NCBI RefSeq assembly: GCF_018350175.1
Contig: NC_058384.1
Span: forward strand, 65,720,001 to 65,784,000
DNA: 64,000 nt
Reading direction: 5' to 3'
From: Felis catus
Taxonomy: Eukaryota
The notes under the pieces were generated by a model. It was given only the letters and a program-made list of their open reading frames with translations, searched no databases and was not told where the DNA came from. How positions within the stretch are numbered: position 1 is the stretch's first letter; each line of letters starts with the position of its first letter. The position numbers and the translations under genes were made by a program. This document shows, one piece after another, positions 57,958 to 64,000 of the stretch.

Positions 57958-60134
57958 AGAATGAAGGCCTACTGCTCACAACCTCTCTGAAATGGATTTA
58001 TTTTCCCCACCCTGTCCCATGTCTTTGGTCAGCCTGGGGGCAACTTTGCCATTAGTGTCTCCGAACAGTGAGTTGAGGGGCGGGCTTAGTTGTGCTTCAT
58101 GCTTATCCTAAGGCACCATCCTTCAGAGTTAGAGCTTAAAGTAGAAGATCTATTTTTTGACTCAAGTTTGGTGGGCACTGGAGTTTAATTGCAAACATCT
58201 TCCTCCTCTGATTCCCTCAAATCAGCATCGTGGGTTTGTCATTCCTTCCAGATAAGTCAATGTCTTCAGTGTGGAAGGAACTTCCAACATTCCACTCATC
58301 TTTCTAGATTCTTGCTTTGTTGCAGATTTTGATCTGAAAGTTCCTGCTATGCTGTCAGCTTGTCAACATATTTATATATATGTTTTAAATATTCCCCTGG
58401 CAATTTTAGTTGTTTTCAGAAGGATGATTTGCTGGAATATCCAGACTGGCTACTACCAGAAGGTGCTGGTAGAAGGTGGAGGAAGGTGCTCAGCCTTCCT
58501 CCTCACTTGTTTTCCCTTGAACGTCCTGGCACTAGACATTCAGTAGTTTCCAGTTAGCTTTCCTACTCCCAGTGTTTTTGTTCATAAAGTCATGGGATGA
58601 ATCTCAGCCCTGATTGTGTTCGTGGATCTTCACTGGGACCTTGTCATCTTTCTAGCGCTCCTGATGTCACTGGCACATGCTTTAGCACGCCTCTTGTTAC
58701 ATTTGTATTAGTCTTCCTGCTAAGTTAGAACGATCGGTGTGATCTATTTATCTTTGAATCACTGTGATGCCTAATGTTATGCCTTCCAAATCACCACACT
58801 CTATGAGTGGTTGCCGAATAAAAGTCTTTCCCTTGCAATAATTCCCTGAAGGTCATTTAAAAACCCAGTTGTCTGACTTTTATTCAGACTTTGAGTAGAG
58901 AAGGGAGATGGAGATTTCCCACATAATCACCAACCCTTGCCTTTACCTCTTCCACGTTATCAAATCAGTCTTCATGGCGTTGGAAAACTTGCTTTCTCTT
59001 GACATCTCAGTGTTTTGTAACCTTTTTGTCAGAAAGTAACTAAACTCCCCCCATGCTAAAAGAATACTTATTTACCATTTTAGTGCTTTACAGAGTGGGA
59101 ACGTTTTTTTGCAATCTGAATTACTCTCTTCTGTATCAGATAAGATGCCCTTGCGTAAATTCAGCCATTTGTTTTCTTTCTCCCATTAGCTCCCCTTAAG
59201 ACCTAGAGGTCCCTAGTCCTTAGAATCCCAGAAGGTTGTAAATATTCTCCAACTTAATTATAGAATCTGAATTGACATATGAATATAGAATGGGCTATTT
59301 TCAACCTCTTATTTAAGACTCAAAAAGGTTTGGACATCTAAGTGTCTAGATTAACACTTTATGAAATGTTTCAGGGCATTTTTTTCCCAATTGCTTCTTC
59401 TTTCAGGACGGACATCATGGCTTTTACAAGTGACCTTCTACTGCTGCCTTTTTCAACATTCGAAAAACCTACAAGACTGTGAGCCATGAAACTCAAAAGT
59501 CTTACGTCAACTTTCTTGATCACTTGAACATAAGTGGGTAAGTGGATCTTCTGTGTCAGTTACTGTCTGAAGAAGGAAACATTTTCCACCAAGGATTTCA
59601 AATTTGAATGGATTTGCACAATAATTTTTTATTATTATGGAAAAGATTCTGCACCAAAGTAAAACTTGATTTGCTTTTTTCTTGAAATGAAGGAAGCATC
59701 CACTCTGATGGCGTGTGCACGCACACACACACAGAAACACATATGCACACATAGCACATTTCCCATCAAATTGAAATGCCGAGAAACGAAGCAAGACAAG
59801 TGACAGAGGCAGGGCAGGAAAGTGCATCAGCATAGATTTTGATTTTTTTTAAAAAAGGTGACTTGGAGAATAATAGAAAACTTAGGAATGATATAGATTG
59901 TAATAGAAGAGCAGAGAGCACATTCTAGGGGAAATAAAATCACAGTCTATGAGAAAGCTCAGAAACAAAAGGAGAATTAAGCCATGTCATCACTTATTAA
60001 GCTTTTGTTTATAGAGCCTATTATGTGCCCTGTAGTGTGGTGGGTGCTACGGATCATTCAGAAGACATTGCCATGGCCCCTGCCTCAAAGAAACAGCGTA
60101 TAGAAGGTGTGTATGTGAATGTGTGTGTGTTACT

Positions 60135-60360
60135 ATAAACTATATATATTCTCTACTCTATGTGGTATTATGTACTATGTTCTATATACATCCTATACTA
60201 TATGTAGTATTATACTATATTCTATACTATATATAAAATATAGTATAATGTACTATATAATATGTAGTATTTAGTCTAGAATATATGGTATATATAATAA
60301 TCTATATGTATAGTATATAGTACTACTCGATAGATAGATGATAGATAGATAGATAGATAT
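60135..60360. repeat. TA-rich low complexity plus (GATA)n
   Basis: Direct reading; GATA run about 60329-60359. Confidence 0.85.
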
Positions 60361-60518
60361 AACTACAAGATAATATCCAACTTATTCAACATATAAGTAT
60401 GATTTCAAAATCTCTAAATGTTATGAAGAGGAAAAGCATCTATGTGGATTCTAATAGGGAAGGTTTATTGGAGAATGTGAGACACGATAGGGATTTGAAT
60501 GCAGAAAACAATAGGTTA

Positions 60519-60830
60519 GGGGTACCTGGGTGGCTCAGTCGGTTAAGCTTCCGACTTCGGCTCAGGTCATGATCTCGCGGTCTGTGAGTTCGAGCCCCGC
60601 ATCGGGCTGTGTCAACAGCTCAGAGCCTGGAGCCTGCTCCAGATTCTGTGTCTCCCTCTCTCTCTGCCCCTCCCCTGCTTGCTCTCTCTCTCTCTCTCTC
60701 TCAAAAACAAATAAATATATTTTAAAAAATAAATATATTTTATTTAAAATAATATAAAATATATATATTTTAAAATAATATATATCATTTATAAAAATAA
60801 TATATTTTATAAAAATATAAAATTTGATAA
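60519..60830 (+). mobile_element. Can-SINE with expanded AT-rich tail
   Basis: Typical body, then about 110 bp of A/T low complexity. Confidence 0.92.
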
Positions 60831-61021
60831 TTGAAGAAAATTTGAAAATTACAATCAGATTATTCCAGAAAAGTCAGAAACGGCAAAAGGAGTTTTACTT
60901 GATGAGCAGCATGGGATCATGCTTGCTTTAGTCCCGTGGAAAAAGTGGGGGCAGATTCTGACATAAAATGGCAGTGGCATAAGACACAGAGCAGAAAGTA
61001 GATCAGAAGTTCAAAGACTCT

Positions 61022-61229
61022 GGGGCACCTGGGTGGCGCAGTCGGTTAAGCGTCCGACTTCAGCCAGGTCACGATCTCACGGTCCGGGAGTTCGAGCCCC
61101 GCGTCGGGCTCTGGGCTGATGGCTCAGAGCCTGGAGCCTGTTTCCGATTCTGTGTCTCCCTCTCTCTCTGCCCCTCCCCCGTTCATGCTCTGTCTCTGTC
61201 CCAAAAATAAATAAACGTTGAAAAAAAAA

Positions 61230-61265
<36 letters not shown>

Positions 61266-61276
61266 AATTAAAAAAA
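61022..61276 (+). mobile_element. Young Can-SINE with (TAAA)n tail
   Basis: TSD aagttcaaagact. Confidence 0.96.
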
Positions 61277-62419
61277 AGTTCAAAGACTTAAATTTTGCCA
61301 CTGACCCTACTACTTGAGCATCTTATTTAGCTGTTTTCTATTCGATTCAGGCAAAAAATGTTGAGCCTATGACACACACTTTATGCTAGGGATTCAGCTA
61401 TTAATAAAAAAAGTCATCCCGGCCTGTAAACAGAAGCTAATAATCTATAGAGGGAGCCAAACATAGGAGATGAGTTCAGTTTAACACCGTAAGTGCAAAG
61501 ATGAGGATCCTTCCAGGTTACTCTGCTCAGGAGAAAGCACGTCGTGCACTCACGTGGCCTGTAACAAGGACACAAAGACACTTGTGCTGTCTACCGGGTG
61601 GTGAGGCTTACGTGAAACCCTCTTGTTTTCTGCAAAGTGCCACACGAAGAGAAAGGGTCATGACGGCAGGTGGGTGGAACCACCTAAGCGAAGGAGCCTC
61701 GCAGGGGTGATAAAGAATGAACTTGTACAAGTGCCTCAGGTGAAGCCACTCCTTCCACGTACAGCCGTTAGAGAGGCCAACAAGCTGAGAGATGTCGAGG
61801 GGTACGCGTAAACCTGGTTTCTCCTAAATTTCTGAACCGACTCTGAAAGTGAGATGATTAGGGCTCTGGATGTTATAGGGGCTGTCTTAACTCAACTATG
61901 CGCCGGTAGAAAGATCTCCAAGGGTGTGATGTGGAGAGAGCGCTGGAGAGATGGTCCGTCGCCTGAAGGAAACCAGGGCCTGTGAGGTCACTGCTCTGCC
62001 TCTGATAACGAAAGTGCCATGAACGGCCGCGTTCAACGGGAACAGTGGAAATGCATTTCCTCATCACAGCAAGAGAAATCTGCCTTCCCCTCACCTCCCC
62101 ACCCCCATTCCCAACTCCCCAAGGTGCCTTCTGATGGAGATCGAATGATGAGTTGGATTTTCAGACTCTTGTCCACCAGGAATTGCTCTTGAACTTAAAA
62201 TAATAATAATAATGTTCGCCTTTATCATTGCACCCATCTGCTGATTGTATTGGGTCACCGACATGCTTTCTTGCTTGCCCCCTTCCTAGCAGGCCATCTA
62301 CGATGACTGCCTGTTGTCAGAGGACAGGCCATCCATTACAACTGCTACCAATAATCATGTGCACTGGCAGATGTTATAAATTACATGCATAATTTAGATA
62401 TGTAGATATTTCAAAGGCC

Positions 62420-62638
62420 TTTTTTTTAATGTTTATTTATTTTTGACAGAGAGAGAGAGAGAGAGACAGAGCATGAGTGGGCGAGGGGCAGAGAGAGAGG
62501 GAGACACAGAATCTCAAGCAGGCTCCAGGCTCCGAGCTGTCAGCACAGAACCCGACGCGGGGCTTGAACTCACGGACCACGAGATCATGACCCAAGCCGA
62601 AGTCGGACGCTTAACCGACTGAGCCACTCAGGCGCCCC
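62420..62638 (-). mobile_element. Can-SINE
   Basis: Typical body; degenerate TSD aaag.c.ttttt. Confidence 0.95.
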
Positions 62639-63053
62639 TAAAAGCCATTTTTTTATTTAGGAAAAATAATAGCACCACATTCAGAAGTAGCAAATTATTC
62701 TTATTTCTGTTTGGACAGTAGCCAAAAAGAGGTGGAAATATTCTGGGCTACATAAAAGTGAAGTATATTTAGAATCATCAAGTTAAAATATGTTTCTCGT
62801 TAAATATTTGGAAAACATAAAAATAGAAAGCAAACCCAAATCACCTCTAATCTTATTATAAATATGGCTTCATATCTTGCTTTTTCTCTTACAGTAGGAG
62901 AATGTTCTCATAACCTCATATAGCCTTTGGAAATATCAAACTTGCTTCTGTGGTTGGTTCTTTTAACCGTTGTGTATTTCTCTAATATAATCATTCTCCC
63001 AGTACTGGAGATTAAAAATTTCTTCTAAAAATTGTCAAAAGGAATATCTTTGT

Positions 63054-63070
63054 TGAGAGAGAGACAGAGA

Positions 63071-63102
<32 letters not shown>

Positions 63103-63103
63103 T
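63054..63103. repeat. (GA)n microsatellite
   Basis: Direct reading. Confidence 0.92.
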
Positions 63104-63226
63104 CTATTAATATTCTGAGCCAGGAAATATGATACTGAAAGTGAAGGCACTGGGAGAATGTTCTTACTACACAGATGGTTATCATTTTGTCTCTCCCAAA
63201 CTCATTCACAGAAGGAAGTCATCCAG

Positions 63227-64000
63227 ACGCAAGGCTTCAACAGGACCACCGTGGTTACCCAGTTCACCCTGGTGGGCTTCTCTAGCCTGGGGGCACTCCA
63301 ACTGCTGCCGTCTGTCCTCTTTCTTCTCCTCTACGTGACCATCCTGCTGGCCGATGCCACCACCATGACTGTCATCCGCTGCAGCAGGACTCTACACCCT
63401 CCCACGTATGGGTTCCTGTTCATCCTTTCCTTCTCCGAATCCTGCGACACTCTTGGCATCATCCCTCAGCTGCTGGCCCACCTGCTCCCAGCCACCAAGG
63501 GCATCTCCTCTGTGGCCTGTGCCACGCAGCTCTTCTTCCTTGGCTTTGCCTGCACCAATTGCTTTCTCATCGCTGTGATGGGGTACGATCGTTAGGTGGC
63601 GATTTGCCACCCTATGAGCTACACGCTCATCATGAACAAGAGGGTAGGGTTGGGGTTGGTTTCCCTGTCCGGAGTCACAGCCTTCTTCATTGCTTTGCTG
63701 GCCACCAAACTCATCTGTGACATGACTTTCTGTGGTCCCAACAGAGTCAACCGCTATTTCTGTGACATGGCGTCCGTCACTAAGTTGGCCTGTGCAGACA
63801 CCCATGTGAAAGAACCGGCTCCATTCAGCCGAAGCATTCTGGCGATCATGGCGCCTTTCCTGCTGATTCTGATCTCCTGTGGCTTCATCGTTAACACCAT
63901 CCTGAAGATCCCCTGGGCTGAGGGGAAGAGAAGGCCTTTGCCCCACCTCGCGGTAGTCTTCGTGCACTACGGCTGTGCCTCCATCACCTACCTGAGGCCC
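63227..64000 (+). pseudogene. OR10T2: Olfactory receptor 10T2 pseudogene (3' end outside window)
   Basis: ACG-QGFNRTTVVTQF matches the human OR10T2 N-terminus MRGFNKTTVVTQF with ATG->ACG. TAG at 63593-63595 replaces Y of DRY; the frame continues VAICHP...FCGPNRVN...DTHVKE. KAFxTCASH is destroyed by indels at about 63920-63945. Confidence 0.93.

Overview
Mammalian genomic DNA from a felid (24 carnivore tRNA-derived Can-SINE/SINEC-Fc copies), not prokaryotic. The window is part of a class II olfactory receptor (OR10 family) cluster. Gene content and order match human 1q23.1 in reverse: OR10R-like pseudogene (-), OR10K1 (-), an intact OR10T1-like gene (+), OR10K2 (+), and an OR10T2 pseudogene (+, runs off the window end). 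The rest is SINEs, L1/L2/MIR, LTR and hAT remnants, microsatellites and three assembly gaps. I see no evidence for a wholly new biological system. The most interesting signals are: (1) a 564-bp gene-conversion tract making the 5' parts of the inverted paralogs OR10K1 and OR10K2 ~97.5% identical; (2) a strong A/T->G/C skew in the damaging substitutions of both pseudogenes, including loss of both ATGs, suggesting GC-biased gene conversion; (3) a perfect 4 x 92-bp tandem array carrying TAATTA; (4) homeodomain + O/E motif clusters upstream of the pseudogenes; (5) retrotransposition oddities (two SINE pairs with triplicated target sites, a 5'-inverted L1, an orphan A-tail with a 22-bp TSD). Orthology calls and repeat family names come from recalled sequences and were not database-checked; boundaries of old repeats are approximate.
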